From Candidatus Stahliibacteriota bacterium (lineage in GTDB: Bacteria; Hydrothermota; UBA3072), in assembly GCA_004377355.1 (NCBI GenBank), contig SOIB01000066.1:1-52030 (forward strand): 52,030 nt of DNA. The letters are read 5' to 3'. This document shows, piece by piece, positions 1 through 8,628 of the stretch. The notes under the pieces were generated by a model. It made no database searches. It was not told the origin of the DNA and saw nothing but the letters and a program-made list of their open reading frames with translations. Within the stretch, counting starts at the first letter, position 1. Every line of letters begins with the position of its first letter. The translations under genes and the position numbers were made by a program.

Positions 1-62
1 CAGCTCACTTATAATTTGGTGTTTTCTAATCTTTTAAAGATTGTCAATTATATATTAATAGT

Positions 63-710
63 TCATTCTGATTGAGGCAGATTTAGGTCTTCGTATAAAA
101 TATGATGATTTTCAGGTATTACCTTATACATTTCAAGGGCAAGAGCCCTTATTTCCCATAGTGCCTTTTTTGAAGCTCGAAGTTGTAGGAAATTTCGAAA
201 ACTCCTCACATTTATACTCATCATCAATTCTGTTTTAAATGATTCAGGCAGGAGATATTTTACTATGTCGTTGGGAAGTTTATACTCTGATATAAACTTA
301 TATACATTTTTAAGACAAACTGCTGTACATGTATAAAATTCATTTAGTGCTTCTTCTGGAAGGTCAGGAACCACACAATATCGTTCTACAATTTTTTTGA
401 AATCAGATAAATCTTCCGCTTTCTCTATGTCTTTATTTTTTACTATATCTTTTAAAGTAAATCTAGTAGAACGAACTGTGTAACTGGCAATTCTGTGACG
501 AACCAGTTCCTGAAGCAATGCTCTTGATACTCCTTCTATCTTAAAAGTATAAGCACAATGTTCAAAAACGGATTCGTGTCTCAACTGGATCAGTTTTCTT
601 AAAAGACTTTTGTCACTCGGACCCATTCCATCTGACTCTGAACCATGGGATACACGTGCAGCCTTAACGATCTTTTCTATTTTATCATAATCAACAAGTT
701 CGACTTTCAT
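63..710 (-). CDS. thyX: FAD-dependent thymidylate synthase
   Basis: ThyX motif RHRIASYTVRSTR, plus HESVFEH and C-terminal NVRSFRNFLQLR...ALWEIR. Confidence 0.95.
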   Translation of the reverse strand: MKVELVDYDKIEKIVKAARVSHGSESDGMGPSDKSLLRKLIQLRHESVFEHCAYTFKIEGVSRALLQELVRHRIASYTVRSTRFTLKDIVKNKDIEKAEDLSDFKKIVERYCVVPDLPEEALNEFYTCTAVCLKNVYKFISEYKLPNDIVKYLLPESFKTELMMSINVRSFRNFLQLRASKKALWEIRALALEMYKVIPENHHILYEDLNLPQSE

Positions 711-1207
711 CAGTATTCAATCCCTTTTCTCGCTTTTATGCCTTTCCTATAATAATGTTTTATTTCCTTCATATCTGTTACCATGTCTGCTTTTTGAATC
801 ATTTTTTTTGTTGCGCTCCTCCCAGTAAGAATTACTTCCATCTTATCAGGTATTAAATCGAGTATTTCAAGGATTTCCTCTTCTGAAACAAGACCCTTGC
901 TCACAGCAGGGTTTATCTCATCTAAAACTAAAATATTATACAATCTTTTATCCATTATTTCTCTTACCCGTTCTAACCCCTTCTTAGCAGTGAGTTTTGC
1001 GTCCTCCGGTATTTTATCAAGAATAAAGCCGGTTCCAAAATATTCAACCGGAACTCCCAAATCCCTCAGGGGAGTATCTTCAGAAGATTCTTCTTTTTTA
1101 ATAAACCTGATGACAATTGGAGAAAATCCTGCACCTATAGCTCTTATAATAAGACCGGTGGAAGCAGTTGTCTTACCTTTTCCATCACCGGTGTATATAT
1201 GTATCAT
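710..1207 (-). CDS. cobO: cob(I)alamin adenosyltransferase (CobO/BtuR family)
   Basis: IYTGDGKGKTTA P-loop, LDEIN, ILTGR, ADMVTDM...KHYY..GIKARKGIEY. Confidence 0.93.
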   Translation of the reverse strand: MIHIYTGDGKGKTTASTGLIIRAIGAGFSPIVIRFIKKEESSEDTPLRDLGVPVEYFGTGFILDKIPEDAKLTAKKGLERVREIMDKRLYNILVLDEINPAVSKGLVSEEEILEILDLIPDKMEVILTGRSATKKMIQKADMVTDMKEIKHYYRKGIKARKGIEY

Positions 1208-1214
1208 CTATTAT

Positions 1215-1242
1215 ATTATATCTAAAACCCTACATAATTCAA
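1215..1242 (-). promoter_or_regulatory. sigma70-type promoter, probably leaderless, for cobO-thyX
   Basis: Minus strand TTGAAT-16 nt-TATAAT, then 7 nt to the ATG; no Shine-Dalgarno. Confidence 0.6.
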
Positions 1243-1340
1243 GATAATTAATTCTATATATCCCCAAATTTAAATCAAAACTTAAATAATTATTATATTT
1301 ACACCTTGACATTTCTTTGATTAACCTAATATATAACGGT

Positions 1341-2414
1341 ATGGAAGAGGTCTTAAAGGAATTATTTCAGGGCATAAGTGAAAAAGAATTTGAGGAAATA
1401 AAACCTTTATTCAAACTAGTATATTTTCCAAAGGGAACCCCTCTTATAAAAGAAGGAGAATGGGGGGATGAAGTATATATACTTAAAACGGGTAGTGTTG
1501 TCGTAATTAAAAAGGGTCAGGTGTTAGCAGAACTAACATCTGGAGATATTATAGGTGAAATGTCTCCTCTTGAAAAAAAGCCAAGGTCAGCAACAGTTGT
1601 GGCTACTGAAAACATAGAACTCTTTGAGACCAACAAGGATAGCTTTTTTAACCTGCTTAAAACAAAACCCATGCTTGCTATTGGGTTACTTAAGACACTT
1701 TCAGGAAGAATCAGGAAAATGGATGTGGAGATTGTTGATAGGGAACTTCAAGAGGAAAGACTTGCCACACTGGGAAAATTAGGTTCTACTATTGTCCATG
1801 ACTTGAAATCTCCCCTTACTGCAATAAAGGGTTATACTTCGATGCTAAAGGAAGACCTAAAAGACTCAAAACTTAAAGAATATGTTAAATCCATAGAAAA
1901 TTCACTTACTTTTATATTTAGTTTTATTGAGGATATACTCGAATTCGGTAGAGATAAGAGAAGCATAAATATCCAGAAAATTAACCTTTCCTGGTTCTTT
2001 AATGAAATAGTTGAATTATTCACAGGGAGTATTGATAGGGATAAAATAAAGCTAAACGTAAATGTCCCTGAGGAGTTAGAAGGGTACTTTGATCTATCAA
2101 AAATGAAAAGGGTTTTCTTGAATCTCTTAAAGAACAGCAGTGAAGCTATTCAAGGTGAAGGAAAGATTGATATAGAAGCAAAAGAGATAAAAAACGGTAT
2201 CATAATTACCGTTTCAGATAACGGAAAAGGAATACCTGAGAATATAATTGACAGAATATTCGATCCATTCTTCACATATGGTAAGTCGGGGTCAGGACTT
2301 GGAATGACAGTCGTAAAGAAGGTAGTAGAAGACCATAACGGAAAGATTGAAGTAAAAAGTAAAGAAGGCAAAGGTACAACCTATACTATAACTATCAGTT
2401 ATCCAGAGATTTAA
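1341..2414 (+). CDS. cNMP-binding domain sensor histidine kinase (cNMP-HisKA-HATPase)
   Basis: IGEMSPLEKKPRSATV cNMP cassette; H-box VHDLKSPL; N-box NLLKNS; DNGKGI, FDPFF, GSGLG. ATG 1341 preferred over TTG 1317. Confidence 0.9.
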   Translation: MEEVLKELFQGISEKEFEEIKPLFKLVYFPKGTPLIKEGEWGDEVYILKTGSVVVIKKGQVLAELTSGDIIGEMSPLEKKPRSATVVATENIELFETNKDSFFNLLKTKPMLAIGLLKTLSGRIRKMDVEIVDRELQEERLATLGKLGSTIVHDLKSPLTAIKGYTSMLKEDLKDSKLKEYVKSIENSLTFIFSFIEDILEFGRDKRSINIQKINLSWFFNEIVELFTGSIDRDKIKLNVNVPEELEGYFDLSKMKRVFLNLLKNSSEAIQGEGKIDIEAKEIKNGIIITVSDNGKGIPENIIDRIFDPFFTYGKSGSGLGMTVVKKVVEDHNGKIEVKSKEGKGTTYTITISYPEI

Positions 2415-2521
2415 TTAAAATAATTTTAATAAATATAAAAAGTTCCCAATCTGTTTCACAGCTTATAATTCTTTAAATTCTACTTTTACTTCATAAACTT
2501 TCTATAGTTTTTTATAAAAAA

Positions 2522-3058
2522 TTACATAATTATAACTCTACCTATCCTTATAATCTCCCTATTCTCGAGTTTTATAAAGTAAATACCACTCTTTAAATCC
2601 TTTATTGCAAATGAAAATTCGTTTTGTCCCCGCTACACTACCTCTAAATATAGTGTTATCTCCAACCTGCTCCATATCAGCTATTGCACAATTGATCCTT
2701 TCCCTAATAATTTTATTCAATTTTTCACTGTGTCTTCTCTTCTTACTCTAATCTTTGTAGTTATTATTTACAATTCTTTCTCTGTGACCTCTATACCGAA
2801 CAATATAGTCGTAGCAGTGATGTCTCTTTAGATGGCAGAAGATTGAATATAGAAGACTGAAGCAGGAGAAACTACCCAACCTCGAACTCTTTGAAGCAAT
2901 GATATCTTTCCTACAAGAAAGAAAAAATCTTTTCCCATTGTACCTTGCGCTCTTTGTGAGAGAAAAATGGGGAGGGATAGGCAATAACTCCTTTCCCTTG
3001 ACAGAAATAACAATTTTGATAGGTTTAAAGTATGAAAAAATCGCTTCTTATCATCCAT
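2522..3058 (-). pseudogene. decayed gene with T9SS type A C-terminal sorting domain
   Basis: Minus strand reads ...TIFRGSVA/(+1 frameshift)GQNEFSFAIKDLKSGIYFIKLENREIIRIGRVIIM*; upstream frame has in-frame stops around GIEVTEKE; 5' limit uncertain. Confidence 0.55.
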
Positions 3059-3156
3059 CGATTAAATAAACTAAAGGCTTATGGATATTTTAGATTGATT
3101 TTGAAAATCGCTGTTTTCAGTTTCTATATAATACCCTTTCATTTGAGATATAATTA

Positions 3157-4314
3157 ATGCAAATTCAAGCCTCTTTAAAAGAAATCTTGGCAGGAAAGAC
3201 AACTGATGTTTATTTTATAAGAGCCCAGGAGATACTAAAATCAGAAAATAAGAATCCTGAAGTTACAGCAGAAATCTGGACTAAGAATCTACCGGAAAAT
3301 TATAAATGGGGAATATTCACTGGATTAGAAGAAGCTTTATTTCTATTTAAGGATTTGAATATTGATATATGGGCACTTCCAGAAGGTAGTATATTCTATC
3401 ATAGAGAACCGGTTTTAACAATAAAAGGAAAATATCTTGATTTTGCTACTTTAGAAACACCCCTATTAGGCTATATCTGTCAGGCATCTGGTATTTCAAC
3501 AAAAGCAGCACGATGCAAGGTTGCTGCAAAAGACAGGAAAATACTGTCCTTTGGCGCAAGGAGAATGCATCCCTCACTAACTCCATTAATAGATAGATAT
3601 GCATATTTGGGAGGAGTGGATGGTGTATCTGCTGTTCTATCAGGAGAAAGATTGAATATAAAACCACAAGGAACAATTCCACATTCTGTAATCATCATCC
3701 TGGGTGATACAGTCAAGGGCGCAAAAGCATATGATAAAGCAATTACAGAGGAAATCCCGAGAATTATTCTTGTTGATACATTCAGCGACGAGAAAGTAGA
3801 AACCCTTAGAGTTGCTAAGGCTCTGGGAAAAAAGCTTGACGCTGTCAGAATCGATACTCCATCCTCAAGAAGAGGTAGTCTTCTGGAAATTGCCCGGGAA
3901 TTAAGAGAAGAACTCGACCTTCATAACTATAAAAATGTTGGAATATTTGCAAGTGGAGGGTTGAACGAATATAATATAGTCAATCTCAACCAATGGGTTG
4001 ACGGATATGGTATTGGCACCTGCCTTTCCAATGCTACCACTATTAACTTTAGCCTGGATATTGTTGAAATAGAGGGTAAACCTATAACAAAAAAAGGGAA
4101 AACGTCAGGAATGAAAATGGTTTTTGAATGCACAAGATGTGGAATGAGAAAAATTACTATCAACAAAGATATTATCAGTAAATGTGAATGTGGAAATCCA
4201 ATAAAATCGTTAACTCAAAAAATAATAGAAAATGGAAGAGCAATAAAAGAACCTGAAACTATTAATGATATAAGAAAAAGAGTGTTAACTGAAATAAATT
4301 ATTTAGATGTATAA
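3157..4314 (+). CDS. pncB: nicotinate phosphoribosyltransferase
   Basis: TDVYF, SFGARRMHP, GTIPHS, LVDTF, VRIDTPSSRRG, ASGGL, YGIGT; C-terminal CxxC..CxC. Confidence 0.92.
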   Translation: MQIQASLKEILAGKTTDVYFIRAQEILKSENKNPEVTAEIWTKNLPENYKWGIFTGLEEALFLFKDLNIDIWALPEGSIFYHREPVLTIKGKYLDFATLETPLLGYICQASGISTKAARCKVAAKDRKILSFGARRMHPSLTPLIDRYAYLGGVDGVSAVLSGERLNIKPQGTIPHSVIIILGDTVKGAKAYDKAITEEIPRIILVDTFSDEKVETLRVAKALGKKLDAVRIDTPSSRRGSLLEIARELREELDLHNYKNVGIFASGGLNEYNIVNLNQWVDGYGIGTCLSNATTINFSLDIVEIEGKPITKKGKTSGMKMVFECTRCGMRKITINKDIISKCECGNPIKSLTQKIIENGRAIKEPETINDIRKRVLTEINYLDV

Positions 4315-5554
4315 TATAAGATTTGTAGAAGAGCACATAGAAGAACTAAAGGAAGTCTCAGAGAAAAAAGGACTCTCCTTAGACTTTCAAGGATTTAGAA
4401 AATTAAACAAGGAGAGAAAATCTTTGAAGGGTGAAGTTGATGAATTCCGTAGAGAAAAGAATAAGAAGGGGCAAAAGGTTGGAGAACTAAAAAGAGAAGG
4501 AAAAGATGCTTCATCATTATTGTCAGAACTTGAGGACTTGAAGAAAGGAGTGACAAAAAAAGAAAAGGAATTAAAAGAGATTCAAAAGAAGGTAAACGAT
4601 TTCATTTCCTGGATACCAAACAGAGTTCATCCTTCAGTTAATTCTGAACCCACAGTTATAAAGGAGCCCACTGGAATTAAAAAATTCTCCTTCACACCAA
4701 TTGATCATATTAACCTCGGAAAATCTCTTGGAATTCTTGATTTTCAGCTAGCCTCTACTGTTGCAGGTAGCCATTTTGCTCTATATAAGGGCAAGGGTGC
4801 TATCCTTGAAAGGGCTTTAATTAACTTTATGTTAGATCTACATACAAAGCGTCATGGATATACAGAAATCTTTCCTCCTTTCCTGGTTAATGAATATTCG
4901 ATGTTCACAACGGGTCAGCTCCCGAAAATGAGAGATGATATGTATATAACAAAAAGGGATGGGCTTTTCTTAAATCCTACTGCAGAGGTCCCTTTAACTA
5001 ACATTCTCGCCAATAAAATACTGGAAAAAGAAGAAATTCCAATCAAATATTGTGCTTATAGTGCTTGTTTTAGAAGGGAAGCTGGTTCCTATGGAAAAGA
5101 AACCAAGGGGTTACTACGGATTCACCAATTCAATAAAGTTGAACTTGTGAACTTTGTTCACCCTGAAGAATCCTATAATACACTTGAGCATTTATTAAAA
5201 GAAGCATTGGTTGTAATTGAACTTCTTGATTTACCACATCGTGTAATTCAGTTATCTATTAACGAACTATCTTTTGCTTCCGCAAAAACCTACGATATTG
5301 AAGTGTATGCACCCGGGGTAGATAAATGGCTTGAAGTCTCCTCTATAAGTAATTTTGAGGATTTTCAGGCCAGAAGAGCCGGGATCAGGATAAAAGAAAA
5401 GGGGGGAACAATACATATTCATACACTAAATGCATCTGGTGTTGCTACACCAAGACTTCTGGTTTCTCTTATGGAAAACTATCAGACAGATAAAGGGGAA
5501 ATTATTATTCCAGATCCTCTAATTCCTTACACTGATTTTGAAAAGATAGGTTGA
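4307..5554 (+). CDS. serS: serine--tRNA ligase
   Basis: N-terminal coiled coil, LNPTAEVP, FRREAGSYG...GLLRIHQFNKVE, EVSSISN, HTLNASG. Confidence 0.97.
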   Translation: MYNIRFVEEHIEELKEVSEKKGLSLDFQGFRKLNKERKSLKGEVDEFRREKNKKGQKVGELKREGKDASSLLSELEDLKKGVTKKEKELKEIQKKVNDFISWIPNRVHPSVNSEPTVIKEPTGIKKFSFTPIDHINLGKSLGILDFQLASTVAGSHFALYKGKGAILERALINFMLDLHTKRHGYTEIFPPFLVNEYSMFTTGQLPKMRDDMYITKRDGLFLNPTAEVPLTNILANKILEKEEIPIKYCAYSACFRREAGSYGKETKGLLRIHQFNKVELVNFVHPEESYNTLEHLLKEALVVIELLDLPHRVIQLSINELSFASAKTYDIEVYAPGVDKWLEVSSISNFEDFQARRAGIRIKEKGGTIHIHTLNASGVATPRLLVSLMENYQTDKGEIIIPDPLIPYTDFEKIG

Positions 5555-5575
5555 ATTAAAACTATTCTCTTAATC

Positions 5576-6265
5576 CTATAGTTCAAACTTTTTGCTAAGA
5601 GAAGCTATGTCTTCAAATTCCTTAAGCCTTTCGCACTCCTCCTGAATTATAACAAGTTCTTCAAATTCATCGAGCTTTTCCATAGAGTTTATTATAATCG
5701 CTTCATCAACTTCAATAATATCTTCCTTTTTAAGTTTTTTGAGAAAATCTTTTACTTTAGAGGGCTCAAGAGCCAATATAACAGATATTTCTTCAACATC
5801 AGAAGATATTCCAGTATCAATATTAACTCCAGTACCTGTATCATTCTTCTTTGCCCTATATTTTAGATAGCGAATGAATCGTATTATATCGTTCGGAATA
5901 CCATGATATATCCACATTTCATTAACCCTTCTAATACGATGTGTAAGTGTACTTATAGTATATTTAATAAAAGGATTTTCGTTAATTTTTGAGAGAAAAG
6001 CATCTCTATCTACAATAATTAGTTCAGTATCAGTCTCCGCGATTGCTGAGGCTGAACGGGGCCTTTTATCCAGCACAGCCATTTCTCCAAAAAATGAACC
6101 TTCACCCAGAAATGCCAGGGTCTTTTCTTCACCATTATCCATTTCCTTGACAATTCTTACTTTACCAGATTTTATAAGATACATTTCATCATCCAGATCC
6201 CCCTCACGAAATAAGGTTTCTCTTGCTTTCAGTATCCTTTCGTACCCGATATTCTTTAATTCCAA
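5576..6265 (-). CDS. Crp/Fnr-family cNMP-binding regulator (paralogue 2)
   Basis: LFREGD..DEMYLIKSGKV, FFGEMAVLDKRPRSASA; C-terminal HTH-like helices. Confidence 0.85.
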   Translation of the reverse strand: MELKNIGYERILKARETLFREGDLDDEMYLIKSGKVRIVKEMDNGEEKTLAFLGEGSFFGEMAVLDKRPRSASAIAETDTELIIVDRDAFLSKINENPFIKYTISTLTHRIRRVNEMWIYHGIPNDIIRFIRYLKYRAKKNDTGTGVNIDTGISSDVEEISVILALEPSKVKDFLKKLKKEDIIEVDEAIIINSMEKLDEFEELVIIQEECERLKEFEDIASLSKKFEL

Positions 6266-6342
6266 TTAAACCCTCTGAAAATGAATAACTTTTACCTTAT
6301 TATTTGATTAATAAACTATAAAATAAGGTTATAATAGGAATG

Positions 6343-6984
6343 CTATCTTTCGAATTCCTCCTGTAAGGCGATAAAATCTTGATATTTATTGAGTTTTTCC
6401 ATTGATTTTATTATTATAGTATCTTGAAGTTCAACAATATTATACTTTGTTAATCTATTCAGAAATTCTTTTATTTTATTAGAATCCAGACCTATCATAT
6501 TCGTAATTTCCTTTCCATGTATATCTATACCTGTATCAATGTACTCTCCTGTTCCTTTGTCGTTCTTTCTTCCTTTATCACTTAGATAATGGATAAAACG
6601 CATTTGTTCATTATGAACTGAAACATACTTTAGCATATCATCAGTCTTTCTAAGGCGTTCGGTAAGTGTTAATATAACATATTTAATAAAGGGATTTTCA
6701 TTAATTTTACGAAGAAAAACATCTCTATTCACTATAATCAGTTCAGTGTCAGTTTCAGCTATTGCTGAGGCTGAACGAGGTCTTTTATCTAAAACAGCCA
6801 TTTCTCCAAAAAATGCCCCCGCTTCCAATACAGCAAGGGTCTTTTCTTCCCCTTTACTCATTTCCTTGACAATTCTTATTTTACCAGATTTTATAAGATA
6901 CATTTGATCACCCTCATCACCCTCGCGGAATAATGTTTCTTCTGCTCCCAGTGTCTTTTCGTACCCTATATCTCTCTCAGGCAT
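6343..6984 (-). CDS. Crp/Fnr-family cNMP-binding regulator (paralogue 1)
   Basis: LFREGDEGDQMYLIKSGKI, FFGEMAVLDKRPRSASA; near-identical N-domain to the neighbouring gene. Confidence 0.85.
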   Translation of the reverse strand: MPERDIGYEKTLGAEETLFREGDEGDQMYLIKSGKIRIVKEMSKGEEKTLAVLEAGAFFGEMAVLDKRPRSASAIAETDTELIIVNRDVFLRKINENPFIKYVILTLTERLRKTDDMLKYVSVHNEQMRFIHYLSDKGRKNDKGTGEYIDTGIDIHGKEITNMIGLDSNKIKEFLNRLTKYNIVELQDTIIIKSMEKLNKYQDFIALQEEFER

Positions 6985-6996
6985 AAGACCTCCTCT

Positions 6997-7554
6997 TTAT
7001 TTCCTTTCGGAGTAATCTCCAGTTCTTGTATCTATAACTACCTCATCCCCCTCGTCAATGAATAGCGGTACTTTCACTGTAGTACCTGTCTCCAATACAG
7101 CTGGTTTTGTACCTCCCTGAGCTGTGTTGCCCTTTACACCCGGTTCAGTTGACGTAACTGTTAAAGTTACAAAATTGGGAAGTGATATTCCAAACACTCT
7201 TCCTTCTGTAATCCTCACTTTATATTCCATACCCTCTCTTAAATAAGCTTTAGTTGAACCTATCTTTGATTCTTCTATAGCATATTGCTCAAAATTTTCC
7301 ATATCCATAAAAATATAATTTATATCATCCTTATAGAGGTACTGTGTTTCTCTTTCTTCCAACTTTAACAATTCAAAATTGTCACCTTTTTTAAATGTTT
7401 GTTTAATTGTCGATCCAGTTTCAAGGTTTTTTAGAGTAGTTCGGACAAAAGCCTGTCCTTTACCTGGATTTACGTGAAGGAAATCTACCACTTCGTATAT
7501 TGATTTGTCGAATCCTATTATTAAACCCTTCCTGAGGTCACTTACTGAACCCAT
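6997..7554 (-). CDS. efp: elongation factor P
   Basis: HVNPGKGQAFVR; PGVKGNTAQGGTKPA; VPLFI..G...IDTRTG.Y. Confidence 0.97.
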   Translation of the reverse strand: MGSVSDLRKGLIIGFDKSIYEVVDFLHVNPGKGQAFVRTTLKNLETGSTIKQTFKKGDNFELLKLEERETQYLYKDDINYIFMDMENFEQYAIEESKIGSTKAYLREGMEYKVRITEGRVFGISLPNFVTLTVTSTEPGVKGNTAQGGTKPAVLETGTTVKVPLFIDEGDEVVIDTRTGDYSERK

Positions 7555-7555
7555 C

Positions 7556-8626
7556 TTATAGGACTATCAATTCCCTTTCAGAGTTAGTTAATACATCACC
7601 TCTTTTATTACGAATCGCAACTATATCTTCAATACGTATACCTTGATATTCAGGTAGATATATACCAGGTTCGATTGTAAAGACCATTCCGTTTTCCACA
7701 ATTCCATTATGGTTTTTAATTGAAACAACTGGCGCCTCGTGAACATCTAAACCTACACCATGCCCTAATGAATGGGTAAAATATTTCCCATACCCACTAT
7801 TTTCTATGTAATTCCTGGCAATTCTGTCAAGGTCTTTCAATTTGGTTCCCTCTTTAGTAGCTTCTCGAGCAAGCTTTTGCGCCTGATAAACTACATCATA
7901 GAGATCCTTATCTTTATCTGTTGGAGTGCCTACGAATACAGTTCTTGTCATATCAGAAGCATAACCTCTATAATAAGTGCTAAAATCCATCACGACAAAT
8001 TCCCCTCTCTTAATCTTTTTATCTGAGGCAGTTCCATGTGGAATAGATGAACGAAATCCTGAAGCAACAATGGTATCGAATGCTACCTTTTCACCTCCCA
8101 ATTTCTTCATTCTGTATTCCAACTCGGCTGCAATCTCTATCTCTCGAACCCCAGGTTTTATATAATCTAATACTTCTAAAAATGCTTTATCACTTATCTC
8201 ACAGGCTTTTTTAATATTCTTAATCTCCTCCTTTGTCTTCTTAACTCTTAAATCTTCAATAAAAGAATCAAAACTCTTGAATTTTAACCAGTCGAACTTC
8301 TTTCTTAACTCCCAGTAGAGATTATAGGAAACGTGTCTTGATTCGAAACCTATACGGTCTTTTCTCTTTATAACTCTTTGAGTTGCAATCTCTTTAAAAT
8401 ATTTCTTCCTGGTTAAACAAACCTCTACATTATGAACCCGATCTACTACTTCACCTTGAAATCTGTAATCTGTTATCAGTTTTACCTTACGGGGAGAGAT
8501 AAAAAGAATACCGGCATCACCGGTAAATCCTGTCAAATAATATATATTCTTTAATGAAGTTACTAAGAAGCAGTCGATATTATTACTTTTAAACTTACTC
8601 TGTAATTCTTTTATTCGATCGGGCAC
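7556..8626 (-). CDS. Xaa-Pro aminopeptidase (M24B)
   Basis: NIYYLTGF, SDMTRT, HSLGHGVGLDVHE, TIEPGIY, GIRIED. Confidence 0.93.
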   Translation of the reverse strand: MPDRIKELQSKFKSNNIDCFLVTSLKNIYYLTGFTGDAGILFISPRKVKLITDYRFQGEVVDRVHNVEVCLTRKKYFKEIATQRVIKRKDRIGFESRHVSYNLYWELRKKFDWLKFKSFDSFIEDLRVKKTKEEIKNIKKACEISDKAFLEVLDYIKPGVREIEIAAELEYRMKKLGGEKVAFDTIVASGFRSSIPHGTASDKKIKRGEFVVMDFSTYYRGYASDMTRTVFVGTPTDKDKDLYDVVYQAQKLAREATKEGTKLKDLDRIARNYIENSGYGKYFTHSLGHGVGLDVHEAPVVSIKNHNGIVENGMVFTIEPGIYLPEYQGIRIEDIVAIRNKRGDVLTNSERELIVL

Positions 8627-8628
8627 AA

